Source: Candidatus Moraniibacteriota bacterium (GTDB lineage Bacteria > Patescibacteriota > Minisyncoccia > Moranbacterales > UBA9337). From it: a stretch of 64,000 bases of DNA. The notes under the pieces were generated by a model. That model was not told where the DNA came from. It saw only the letters and a program-made list of their open reading frames with translations, and searched no databases. Shown here one piece after another: positions 1 through 8,300 of the stretch. Positions within the stretch are counted from its first letter, which is position 1. Every line of letters starts with the position of its first letter. The stretch spans positions 1,099 through 65,098 of the forward strand of contig JALSQF010000007.1 of the NCBI GenBank assembly GCA_026985555.1, given 5' to 3'. Both the position numbers and the translations under genes were made by a program.

Positions 1-266
1 AGTATTGAGAGCATAGGCTGCGTAGGAAGTGCAGTTGCATTGGGCGAATTTCCATTTGTCAACATAATAACCACCGTCTGCATTAGTCCATGAATCACAG
101 GGAAATTGATTCCCATTTTCAGAGCATTTGGAGTAAATATAATATCCGGGAACAATACCTCTGGACCAATAGGACAAACACTCTTATACGGATAATTATT
201 CTCCGCTAAAGAAACATTTACAAAACAACCTATCATTAACCATACTAACCAGATTACTTTTTTCAT
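1..266 (-). pseudogene. Secreted CHAP-like peptidoglycan hydrolase gene, 5' part, apparently frameshifted (runs off window start)
   Basis: ATG at 266 with SD AAAGGAG gives signal-peptide-like MKKVIWLVWLMIGCFVNVSLAENNYPYKSVCP. A different frame, open from 183 to 1, reads ...YYVDKWKFAQCNCTSYAAYALNT, resembling the CHAP catalytic-Cys motif. Not in ORF track. Confidence 0.45.
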
Positions 267-398
267 AACCAATCTCCTTTGTTTTTTTGGTTTTAACAAC
301 AGTTTTGCTTTTTTACTTTTTTCTCGTTTTTTTCTCCTTTGTTTAATTGTTAAAGTACTACTTTTTTTGATTATTTAACATTGTAAATAATCACCTTT

Positions 399-423
399 CA
401 ATAGATAAATAACTTATCTATTG
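399..423. terminator. Hairpin just downstream of the 431-1198 gene
   Basis: CAATAGATAA-ataac-TTATCTATTG inverted repeat 7 nt past the stop; no clear U-tract. Confidence 0.35.
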
Positions 424-430
424 TCGGTAA

Positions 431-1198
431 TTATTTAATTGGTTGGATGGTGTTGAGGTAGATGCCGAAGGTTTTATTATTTTGATTTTGTATGTGAAAT
501 AGTTTTCTGTAGTTTGTATTGTTGATAGTGTAAGACTGAATAGACGAAAGTGTCACATTAGCACATACTAAATAATTATTTATTGCCATATTTTTTAAAC
601 TGTCACACCATTTAATTTGTGTCCAATTTTTTTTATAATTTTTTGATGCATATAATATCACTTGTGATTTTTTTAAAAATAACATATCTATCCATCCGCA
701 ACTCCAACCCTTTTCTTCGTCCAAAGTGCAACCAGATAAATTTTTGTCTGTTTCTGATTTACTAAATAACATTATGCTTTTAACATCCAAATAATCTCCT
801 TTTGGTGTGTTGTATCCTTTGTATGTTTTATAATCATACCTCAAATCCTCCTTTGTATCCTTCGTCACTAAAAACTTAATTCCCAGTTCCGGGATTTCAT
901 ACCAAACCAAATCTTTTTCTTTTTTTAGTTTTTCTATTTCTTTTGGAGAGAGTCGGGGAATCATTTGAGCTTCTAAATCCTCTGTTTTTTCTTGTTTGTT
1001 ATCATTCTTTTTATCGTATTCTTTATTCTTTCTACCTCCTTCATTTCCCCCTTGCTCTTGTTTGTCATTTTCAATAATTCTCTTTTCTACATTAACATGC
1101 ATTAAATCCGCTTTTTTCTGTAACCAAAGATAAAAACCACCGACTACAACAGCCAGTCCTAGAATTGTTAGAATTGTGATTAAGATTTTTTTGTTCAT
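431..1198 (-). CDS. Hypothetical membrane-anchored extracellular protein
   Basis: 255-aa ORF; N-terminal TM helix, charged linker, C-terminal domain with 4 Cys. Confidence 0.8.
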   Translation of the reverse strand: MNKKILITILTILGLAVVVGGFYLWLQKKADLMHVNVEKRIIENDKQEQGGNEGGRKNKEYDKKNDNKQEKTEDLEAQMIPRLSPKEIEKLKKEKDLVWYEIPELGIKFLVTKDTKEDLRYDYKTYKGYNTPKGDYLDVKSIMLFSKSETDKNLSGCTLDEEKGWSCGWIDMLFLKKSQVILYASKNYKKNWTQIKWCDSLKNMAINNYLVCANVTLSSIQSYTINNTNYRKLFHIQNQNNKTFGIYLNTIQPIK

Positions 1199-1283
1199 TT
1201 GAGTTTTTTAATAATCTATTTTTATCTGCTGACTTAGAATTAATAAATGAAAATAATAGTGTCAAAATATTTTTTATATTATA

Positions 1284-1781
1284 TCATATAAAAATACTTT
1301 TAAGATGTTTTACCCAACAATGAGCTTTGGTTTTTTTAAATAAAAAAGAACGTATAGGCATATAATAAATATTATTTTGATTTAAGAAGTGATTTTTAAT
1401 TTTATTAGAAATGTTCTTTTCAAAACTAATCCAAACTGAAATAGCATCTAATTGCCAGGGTATATTTTCTTGTTGAGTTTGAAAAAGATAATAATGAATA
1501 ATTTTTTGTAAGCGATGTATTTTGTTGACATTAATATTTTCTTCAGGCAAAATATAAAAATTAAACGCATTTTTAATTAAACGACTTTTAACTTCTATAA
1601 AAATTATCTTATTATTTTTTTGAGCAATAATATCAATTTCTCCTAAACGTTTCCCTTTTCTGTTGTAAAAATTAGACTGGATAATTTTATATTGATTTTT
1701 TTTTAAATACAAAAGAGCTACTTTTTCTCCCAGCTTTCCAATATTTGATTGTTCCTTTTCAAATAGTTTTTTTCTAGACAT
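1284..1781 (-). CDS. yraN: YraN (UPF0102) PD-(D/E)xK nuclease
   Basis: GKLGEKVA, GEIDIIA, FIEVK motifs. Confidence 0.93.
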   Translation of the reverse strand: MSRKKLFEKEQSNIGKLGEKVALLYLKKNQYKIIQSNFYNRKGKRLGEIDIIAQKNNKIIFIEVKSRLIKNAFNFYILPEENINVNKIHRLQKIIHYYLFQTQQENIPWQLDAISVWISFEKNISNKIKNHFLNQNNIYYMPIRSFLFKKTKAHCWVKHLKSIFI

Positions 1782-1794
1782 ATTAATTAACTTT

Positions 1795-1810
1795 TGTTAT
1801 TATAATAACA
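1795..1810. promoter_or_regulatory. Palindromic bidirectional -10 element between divergent yraN and dksA-like gene
   Basis: TGTTATTATAATAACA is a perfect 16-bp palindrome carrying TATAAT on both strands in a 54-bp divergent gap. Confidence 0.55.
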
Positions 1811-1835
1811 TAAAAATAATTTTTAATTTAAAAAT

Positions 1836-2204
1836 ATGGCTCTCAGTGAAGAAATTTTAAAAGAATTAAAAGAAAAATTAATAATTGAAAAGGAGAGATT
1901 AAAAAAAGAATTAAGAAAAATTGCACAACCAGTAGATGATGATGAATATAAAACAATTTATGAGGATATCGGAGAAGAGAAAGATGAAAACGCTACTGAA
2001 GTTCAAATGTATGCTAATCGGTTAGCTGTTAAAGAAGATCTAGAAAGACAGTTAAAAGATGTAGAAAATGCTTTAAAAAAAATAGAAGAACATAAATATG
2101 GAATTTGTGAAAAATGTGGAAAAGAGATAGAAATAGAGAGATTAAAGGCTTATCCAGCGGCTAAAACTTGTATCCGATGTGCTCGTGAAAATCAAGGAGA
2201 ATAA
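1836..2204 (+). CDS. TraR/DksA family C4 zinc-finger protein
   Basis: Coiled coil followed by YGICEKCGKEIEIERLKAYPAAKTCIRC. Confidence 0.92.
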   Translation: MALSEEILKELKEKLIIEKERLKKELRKIAQPVDDDEYKTIYEDIGEEKDENATEVQMYANRLAVKEDLERQLKDVENALKKIEEHKYGICEKCGKEIEIERLKAYPAAKTCIRCARENQGE

Positions 2205-2214
2205 AATCAGAAAT

Positions 2215-2652
2215 ATGCTTAAAAAAGTCATTTTCTATCTTTCTTTATTAATAGTATTGATTTTTTTTGATCAATTTTTTAAGCAAGCAATTATTCATCA
2301 AATTAAGACTCCTTTTATTTGTAATAAGTTTTTTTCTTTTGGGATAAATATCTCTTTTGGGTATTTAGGAATAATTTTGTTTTTATGGTTAAGTTTTTTC
2401 TTTTGGCAAAGAAAAAACATTATTTTTTTCTTAAGAAAAAAAAGAGGAACTCAAATGGCTCTAGCTTTTATTTTAGCTGGAGCTATAAGTAATCTAATAG
2501 ATAGGGTAAAACAAGGTTGTGTTATTGATTTTATTAATATTCATATTTTAAATTATCCCTGGTTTAATTTAGCGGATATTTTTATTGTAATAGGTAGTTT
2601 TTATTTAGGATTGCTAATTTTAATAAATAAAAAAGAAATTTTAAACACATAA
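2215..2652 (+). CDS. lspA: Signal peptidase II (lipoprotein signal peptidase)
   Basis: DQFFK, GAISNLIDR, VIDFI, FNLAD motifs; ATG at 2215 preferred to the ORF-track start at 2179. Confidence 0.9.
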   Translation: MLKKVIFYLSLLIVLIFFDQFFKQAIIHQIKTPFICNKFFSFGINISFGYLGIILFLWLSFFFWQRKNIIFFLRKKRGTQMALAFILAGAISNLIDRVKQGCVIDFINIHILNYPWFNLADIFIVIGSFYLGLLILINKKEILNT

Positions 2653-2662
2653 TATTAATTTT

Positions 2663-4183
2663 ATGTCTTCTAAAGTTTTTTCAGCGGCTACAATAGGATT
2701 AGAAAGTAAAGTGGTAGAAGTAGAAGTAGATGTCTTAACTCAAGGTATACATCATTTTTCTATAGTGGGATTGCCTGATACATCCATTAAAGAAGCTAAA
2801 GACAGAGTAGCTAGTGCAATAAAAAATAGTGGTTTTTCCCCTCCTCATCAGTCAGGGAGAATAACAGTAAATTTAGCTCCCGCTGATTTACCCAAAATCA
2901 ATCCTTTATATGATTTACCAATGGCGCTAGGCGTTTTAATGGCCACTAATCAATTAAATTTTGATTATAAAAAAAAGATTTTTTTAGGAGAACTTTCTTT
3001 AGATGGAAGATTACGTTCGGTGCAGGGAGTTCTACCTATAGCTTTGATGGCTAAAAATTTAGGGTTTCAAGAAATGTATTTACCTAAAGATAATGCGGCA
3101 GAAGCTAGTGTGGTAAAAGATTTAAAAATTGTTCCAGTAGAAACACTTTTTTCTTTAGCAAAACATTTGTTAGGGGAAAAAAAGATTTCTTATTTTTCTT
3201 TTCCTGAAAGAGAAAAGCTTTTTCAAAACAATCAGTGGAAAGTAGATATGAAGTATATCAAAGGGCAAGAGCAGGCCAAAAGAGCTTTAGAAATTGCTTC
3301 TGCGGGTGGTCACAATATTCTTTTAAATGGGCCTCCTGGTTCTGGAAAAACGCTTTTAGCTAAAACTGTTCCTTCTATACTACCACGTTTAACATTAGAA
3401 GAGTCTTTAGAAATCACTAAAATTTTTTCTGTATCTGGAAATTTATCTAAAGATATTTCGTTAATTACTCAACGTCCTTTTCGTTCTCCTCATCATAGTG
3501 CAAGTGCTGTATCTTTAATTGGAGGAGGAAGTTATCCAAAGCCAGGAGAAATAAGTTTAGCGCACAGAGGAGTTTTGTTTTTAGATGAGTTTGCTGAATT
3601 TCCTCGTAACGTGATGGAAAATTTACGTCAACCATTAGAAGATGGAATTGTAACTGTTTCTCGCGCTAAAGGAACTTTAAAATTTCCTGCTAAATTTATT
3701 TTAATTGCCGCTATGAATCCATGTCCTTGCGGCAATGCAACTGATCCTGAAAAAATTTGTACTTGTTCTCCTCAACAAATTATTAATTATCAAAGAAAAA
3801 TTTCTGGACCTATTTTAGACAGAATAGACTTACAGATAGAAGTTCCTCGTTTAAAATTTGAAAAATTACAAGAGGATGGTCAAGCTGAAAGTAGTGCGCA
3901 GATAAGAAAAAGAGTGGAAAAAGCTCGTTTTATTCAAAAAAGACGTTTCAAGAATACAAAAATTATTACTAATAGTGAAATGTCCTCTCAAGAAATAAAA
4001 AAATTTTGTCCCTTAGACAACTTATCTATTCAATTATTAAAAAAGGCAGTAAATAGCTTAAATTTAAGTGCTAGAGCCTATTATCGTATTATTAAAATTG
4101 CGCGCACCATTGCTGATTTATCTGGCGAAGAAAATATTTTATCTCAACACATTGCTGAAGCTGTGCAATATCGTTTTAAATAA
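2663..4183 (+). CDS. comM: YifB/ComM Mg-chelatase-like AAA+ ATPase (transformation branch-migration helicase)
   Basis: IVGLPD, ITVNLAPADLPK, GPPGSGKT, PFRSPHH, PGEISLAHRGVLFLDE, AAMNPCPCG. Confidence 0.95.
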   Translation: MSSKVFSAATIGLESKVVEVEVDVLTQGIHHFSIVGLPDTSIKEAKDRVASAIKNSGFSPPHQSGRITVNLAPADLPKINPLYDLPMALGVLMATNQLNFDYKKKIFLGELSLDGRLRSVQGVLPIALMAKNLGFQEMYLPKDNAAEASVVKDLKIVPVETLFSLAKHLLGEKKISYFSFPEREKLFQNNQWKVDMKYIKGQEQAKRALEIASAGGHNILLNGPPGSGKTLLAKTVPSILPRLTLEESLEITKIFSVSGNLSKDISLITQRPFRSPHHSASAVSLIGGGSYPKPGEISLAHRGVLFLDEFAEFPRNVMENLRQPLEDGIVTVSRAKGTLKFPAKFILIAAMNPCPCGNATDPEKICTCSPQQIINYQRKISGPILDRIDLQIEVPRLKFEKLQEDGQAESSAQIRKRVEKARFIQKRRFKNTKIITNSEMSSQEIKKFCPLDNLSIQLLKKAVNSLNLSARAYYRIIKIARTIADLSGEENILSQHIAEAVQYRFK

Positions 4184-4193
4184 TAATTTTTTT

Positions 4194-4967
4194 ATGATTT
4201 CTTTCATTATAATAAACTATAATTCTTTTAATTTTTTACCTGTTTTATTATCTTCTATAGAAAAAAAGATTAAGGATATAGATTATGAAATTATTGTAGT
4301 TAACAATGATAAAAAGAAAATTTTTTTAGAAAATGATAGAGAAAAATATAAAAAAGTAAAAATTTTAGAAATAAATAAAAATATTGGATTTGGAGCAGGA
4401 TGTAATAAAGGAGCAAAAGTAGCTCAAGGAGAAATTCTTGTTTTTCTAAATCCAGATACAGAAATAATTTCTAATAAAATAAAAAATGTTTTAAATTTTT
4501 TTCAAAAAAATGATCAAGTTGGCGCTTTAGGTTGTCAATTAATTAATTCTGAGAATAATATTCAAGCTTGGAGCGCTGGAGTAGAAACAAATTTATTAGA
4601 TATTTTTAAAAATAATTTAGGATTTCCTAGTAGTAAAAAAATTTGGGAAAGTAAAAAAGCCTTAGAAGTTGATTGGGTAAGTGGTGCGGTTCTATTCATA
4701 AGAAAAAATATATTTTTTCAAATAAATGGATTTGATGAGAAATTTTTTCTATATTTTGAGGATCTAGATCTTTGTAAAAGAGTCAGAAAGTTAAAATATA
4801 AAATTATTTATTATCCCTTTTTTCAAGTTAGACATTGGGGTGGCAGTAGTTTTTCTAGTAAAACAAAACAAAAAAAAGAATTTTATAAATCTCAAGATTA
4901 TTATTTTCAAAAACACTTAAAAAGACAACTGTTTTGGTTGAGAATTTTACGTAAAATTTTTCAATAA
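4194..4967 (+). CDS. Family 2 glycosyltransferase (GT2, WbbL-like)
   Basis: MISFIIINYNS, NIGFGAGCN, FLNPD, VSGA, GFDEKFFLYFEDLDLC; likely ATG at 4194. Confidence 0.92.
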   Translation: MISFIIINYNSFNFLPVLLSSIEKKIKDIDYEIIVVNNDKKKIFLENDREKYKKVKILEINKNIGFGAGCNKGAKVAQGEILVFLNPDTEIISNKIKNVLNFFQKNDQVGALGCQLINSENNIQAWSAGVETNLLDIFKNNLGFPSSKKIWESKKALEVDWVSGAVLFIRKNIFFQINGFDEKFFLYFEDLDLCKRVRKLKYKIIYYPFFQVRHWGGSSFSSKTKQKKEFYKSQDYYFQKHLKRQLFWLRILRKIFQ

Positions 4968-6299
4968 TTATTTTTTAAAGAGTTCAACTAGCAGAAAATT
5001 TAAAATTAAACCAGTTAAAAGAAAGCCACTAATTTGTGTCCAGATCCAGTGATCAAAAAAACCTATAGTTATTAATGTTCCTAGCGAAGCAAGAGTTGTG
5101 ATAGAAGAGATATTACTTGGCTTATTTTTTTTTCGGAAATTTATAAAAATAAAATAGAAAAATAATATAAGCAAAAAAACTCCTATGATTCCAATTTCAG
5201 TTAAAATTAAAAGATAGATATTATGCACTGGTTGCCATTGCCAAATAGGAATAGATGGGGTAGCTTGATGTTGATAAAGATAAATAACATAATTATTTAA
5301 ACCAATTCCTTTCCAGGGATGTTTTTGAAAAATATTCCAAGCTTGTTTTTTATAATCCCAACGTTGAGTTAAAGATGTTTGTTGGGAAATATCTAAAGAA
5401 AAACGTTGATTAAATAAAAAATAATAATGAGAAATAAAATAGAAAATAACAAAAAAACTAGCTAGTAACAAAGGATAAATTTTTTTAAAAATAAAGGATA
5501 AGGAACGATGAATATTTTTATTTAATAAAAAAATTAATATTAATAATCCAACTGTAAAACCTAGCCAGGAACTTCTAGAAAAGGTTGCTAAAAAGGAGAA
5601 AAATTGAATTAAAAAAATAATTAACAGAACAATTTTTTCTTTAATAGTTTGGGAATAAAAAAATAAAACCAATAAAAGAAGAAGGGAAATGGCTAAAAAT
5701 CCGCCAAAAATATTGGGATGATTAAATCCTCCATAAGCGCGTAAATATTTTATTCCGTTAACATTTAACTTAGCTGTTCCTCCAAAATCTAAGGAGTGAG
5801 AGCTAATTCCTAACCATTTATTGCTCCAAGTGTTTTGTTGAAAAAATTGTTGCTCCCCAATTAAAGAATGAAGAGTTAAAGAAAAAATAAAAAGAAGACT
5901 TATGCTTAAAAAAGAAATTTCATTTTTAAAATAAAACAAAAAAAGAAAAACTAAAAAAAGGATTAAAAAAAGAAGTAAATAATGATAAGATAAAACCTTG
6001 TTAGTGCTCCACAAAATAGAAAAAACAAGCCAAACAAAAAACAACAATCCAATCCAAAAATATTTTTGAGAAAAAATTAATAAAATAATTTTTTTGATTT
6101 TTGTCCAGGAACAACTCAAAAAGAAAAAGAAAAGAGAGAAAAATAAAACTATTTCAAAAAGATAAATTCCCCAACTAGCATATTGCCATTTTTCTTGAAC
6201 AAATTTTTCTTGAATAAGATAAATAGTTTGCCAAGGCAAAAGAAAAACAAATAGATAAAATAAATTTTTAGAAAAAGCTTGGAGTAATTTTAAATTCAT
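4968..6299 (-). CDS. O-antigen ligase/Wzy_C family membrane protein
   Basis: Multi-TM; RAYGGFNHPN, TFSRSSW, HPWKGIG, PVHNIYL; likely ATG at 6299 (track start 6317). Confidence 0.88.
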   Translation of the reverse strand: MNLKLLQAFSKNLFYLFVFLLPWQTIYLIQEKFVQEKWQYASWGIYLFEIVLFFSLFFFFLSCSWTKIKKIILLIFSQKYFWIGLLFFVWLVFSILWSTNKVLSYHYLLLFLILFLVFLFLFYFKNEISFLSISLLFIFSLTLHSLIGEQQFFQQNTWSNKWLGISSHSLDFGGTAKLNVNGIKYLRAYGGFNHPNIFGGFLAISLLLLLVLFFYSQTIKEKIVLLIIFLIQFFSFLATFSRSSWLGFTVGLLILIFLLNKNIHRSLSFIFKKIYPLLLASFFVIFYFISHYYFLFNQRFSLDISQQTSLTQRWDYKKQAWNIFQKHPWKGIGLNNYVIYLYQHQATPSIPIWQWQPVHNIYLLILTEIGIIGVFLLILFFYFIFINFRKKNKPSNISSITTLASLGTLITIGFFDHWIWTQISGFLLTGLILNFLLVELFKK

Positions 6300-6328
6300 T
6301 TTATAATTGTAACACAAATAGTAAAAAT

Positions 6329-6727
6329 ATGTTTAATTATTTAGGAATAGATTGGGGAAAAAATAAAATAGGATTAGCTTTAGCGGATGGAGAAAATAAA
6401 ATTGCACTGGCTTATCTTACTTTAAATAATGATAATAATTTTTTTAACTTATTGCAAAAAATTATTAAAAAAGAAAAAGTAAAATATATAATTATTGGAG
6501 TACCTTATTATTTTAATCAAACAGATAATCTTATTGAAATAAAAAGGATGGCGAAGCAATTAGAAGAGAAATTTTTTTTGAAAGTATTTTTTCAGAATGA
6601 AATGTTTACTACTCAATCAGCGCAAAAAAATTTGAAAGAGAAAGGTATAAGAAATATCAAAAAATTAGATAATCAGGAATCGGCACGTATTATTTTGCAG
6701 GATTGGTTAGACAGGAATTTGATTTAA
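6329..6727 (+). CDS. ruvX: YqgF/RuvX family nuclease (pre-16S rRNA maturation / putative resolvase)
   Basis: LGIDWG..KIGLAL, IIIGVP, NEMFTT, DNQESARIILQ. Confidence 0.9.
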   Translation: MFNYLGIDWGKNKIGLALADGENKIALAYLTLNNDNNFFNLLQKIIKKEKVKYIIIGVPYYFNQTDNLIEIKRMAKQLEEKFFLKVFFQNEMFTTQSAQKNLKEKGIRNIKKLDNQESARIILQDWLDRNLI

Positions 6728-7669
6728 AATATTTTCTACATCCTGAAGGTTTTTTATTTGGACAGCTTGTTGTTTCCAGTGCTTTGAGTGAGGCATGCCT
6801 TTTAAATAAAAAGATAAATGGGAACGAAACCTAAGAAAAGGATTTTCTTTTTGAGAATAATATTTTTGTATAAGTTGAGCATGTTGAAAGATAATTTGTT
6901 TAAAATTAGGTTGTTGATAAGGTGGAGTATAATTAGAAGTAAAATTAGAGGTGAAATATTTTTTTATTTCTTGAAAAATCCAAGGGTTTCCTAAACTAGC
7001 TTGCCCTATCATAAGAAACGGAATATTCGTTTTTTTATGATAAGAATAAGCATCTTGGGGTGTTTTTATTCCTCCATTATAAACAACAGGAATTTTTAAA
7101 TTTTTTTGTAATTGGGTTATTGTTTCCCAGTGAGGTTTTTCAATGAACATTCCTTGTAAGGTGCGAGCATGAACGACTAACTGGTTAATTCCAGCTTCTT
7201 CCAATAAGTTAGCCCAACTTAATATTTCAGTTGGTTGTTTTATACCTAGTCTGGTTTTTAAGGATAGAGGCAAAGATATTTTATCTTTAATAGAGTGGAT
7301 GATTTCTATTACTTGATGGATATTATTTATTTGTATAGCTCCGTAACCAGCTTTTTGCGCTTTAGGAACAGGACAACCTAAATTAATATCAATACCAAAA
7401 GGTTTAATTTCTTTTTCAATAATACTAGCTGCTTGAGACATGGCAGAGGCTGATTTTCCAAAAATCTGCACCCAATAATTTTTTTCCTTTGGAGAATATT
7501 TTTCTGCCAAAAAAAGAGATTTATTATTATCTAATGAGTGTCTTACTATGCCTTCAGAACTTACCATTTCACTCCAAGTAATATCGGCTCCTAATTGCTG
7601 GCATATTTGACGAAAAGCTTTATCTGTAAATCCAGCCATAGGAGCTAAAATTAATTTAATTTGAGACAT
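6707..7669 (-). CDS. dusB: tRNA-dihydrouridine synthase (DusB-like)
   Basis: LAPMAGFTD, SEMV, DINLGCP, VHART, NGGI motifs. Confidence 0.92.
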   Translation of the reverse strand: MSQIKLILAPMAGFTDKAFRQICQQLGADITWSEMVSSEGIVRHSLDNNKSLFLAEKYSPKEKNYWVQIFGKSASAMSQAASIIEKEIKPFGIDINLGCPVPKAQKAGYGAIQINNIHQVIEIIHSIKDKISLPLSLKTRLGIKQPTEILSWANLLEEAGINQLVVHARTLQGMFIEKPHWETITQLQKNLKIPVVYNGGIKTPQDAYSYHKKTNIPFLMIGQASLGNPWIFQEIKKYFTSNFTSNYTPPYQQPNFKQIIFQHAQLIQKYYSQKENPFLRFRSHLSFYLKGMPHSKHWKQQAVQIKNLQDVENILNQIPV

Positions 7670-7715
7670 AAATATTTTTTAGATAATTCTTTATAAAATT
7701 TAAATTATTCTTATT

Positions 7716-7743
7716 TTGACAAACTTTTAGAAAAAGGTAAACT
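7716..7743 (+). promoter_or_regulatory. Sigma70-type promoter of mreD-mrdA
   Basis: TTGACA-16 nt-TAAACT, ending 18 nt before the ATG. Confidence 0.5.
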
Positions 7744-7761
7744 TTATAAAGAAAAGTTATT

Positions 7762-8289
7762 ATGTTAAAATATTTTTTTCTAATAGGACTATTGTTATTT
7801 ATTGCTTCCTTCCAAGTTTTTGGAATTAATCCTTGGTTTTCTTTTTGGAGTCCTAGTTTGGTTTTGATGTTTATTTTAGCATTAGTATGGTCTTTTGAAT
7901 GGAAAACTGTTTTTTGGTTAATTGTTTTTTTAGGAATAGTTTTGGATCAACTAACTTTTTTAAAAATAGGAAGTTTTCTTATTTTGTTTTTATTTTTAGG
8001 TTATTTTTTTTATTGGTTAAAACAGAAAGTTTTCTGGAATCAAAGCAGAGGAAATAATTTTTTAATTTTTATAAGCATTAATTTTATTTATATAATATTT
8101 ATCCTTTTTAAGGAAGGATTATTTTTTGAGAATAACTTTAAAATTGATATTATAATAAATATTTGGAAAAATAATTTTTCTTTTTTGAAAATGATATTTA
8201 TATTTTTAATTAATGCTTTATTGTTTTTCTCTTTTATAAAAATAATTAAAAAAATTAGTTTTAATTTCTTTCTAAAAAATAAGTTGTAG
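7762..8289 (+). CDS. mreD: Probable rod-shape protein MreD
   Basis: 175-aa polytopic membrane protein with P-x-L and G-I-V-L-D pattern, directly upstream of PBP2. Confidence 0.65.
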   Translation: MLKYFFLIGLLLFIASFQVFGINPWFSFWSPSLVLMFILALVWSFEWKTVFWLIVFLGIVLDQLTFLKIGSFLILFLFLGYFFYWLKQKVFWNQSRGNNFLIFISINFIYIIFILFKEGLFFENNFKIDIIINIWKNNFSFLKMIFIFLINALLFFSFIKIIKKISFNFFLKNKL

Positions 8290-8300
8290 GAAACATACTA

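Noticed and set aside
431-520. DGR variable region at the 3' end of the 431-1198 gene
   Set aside because: No template repeat, reverse transcriptase or CLec-type GFR terminus seen in the window
4068-4193. Long comM/GT2 gene overlap implied by the ORF track
   Set aside because: GT2 homology begins at MISFIII (ATG 4194), after the comM stop
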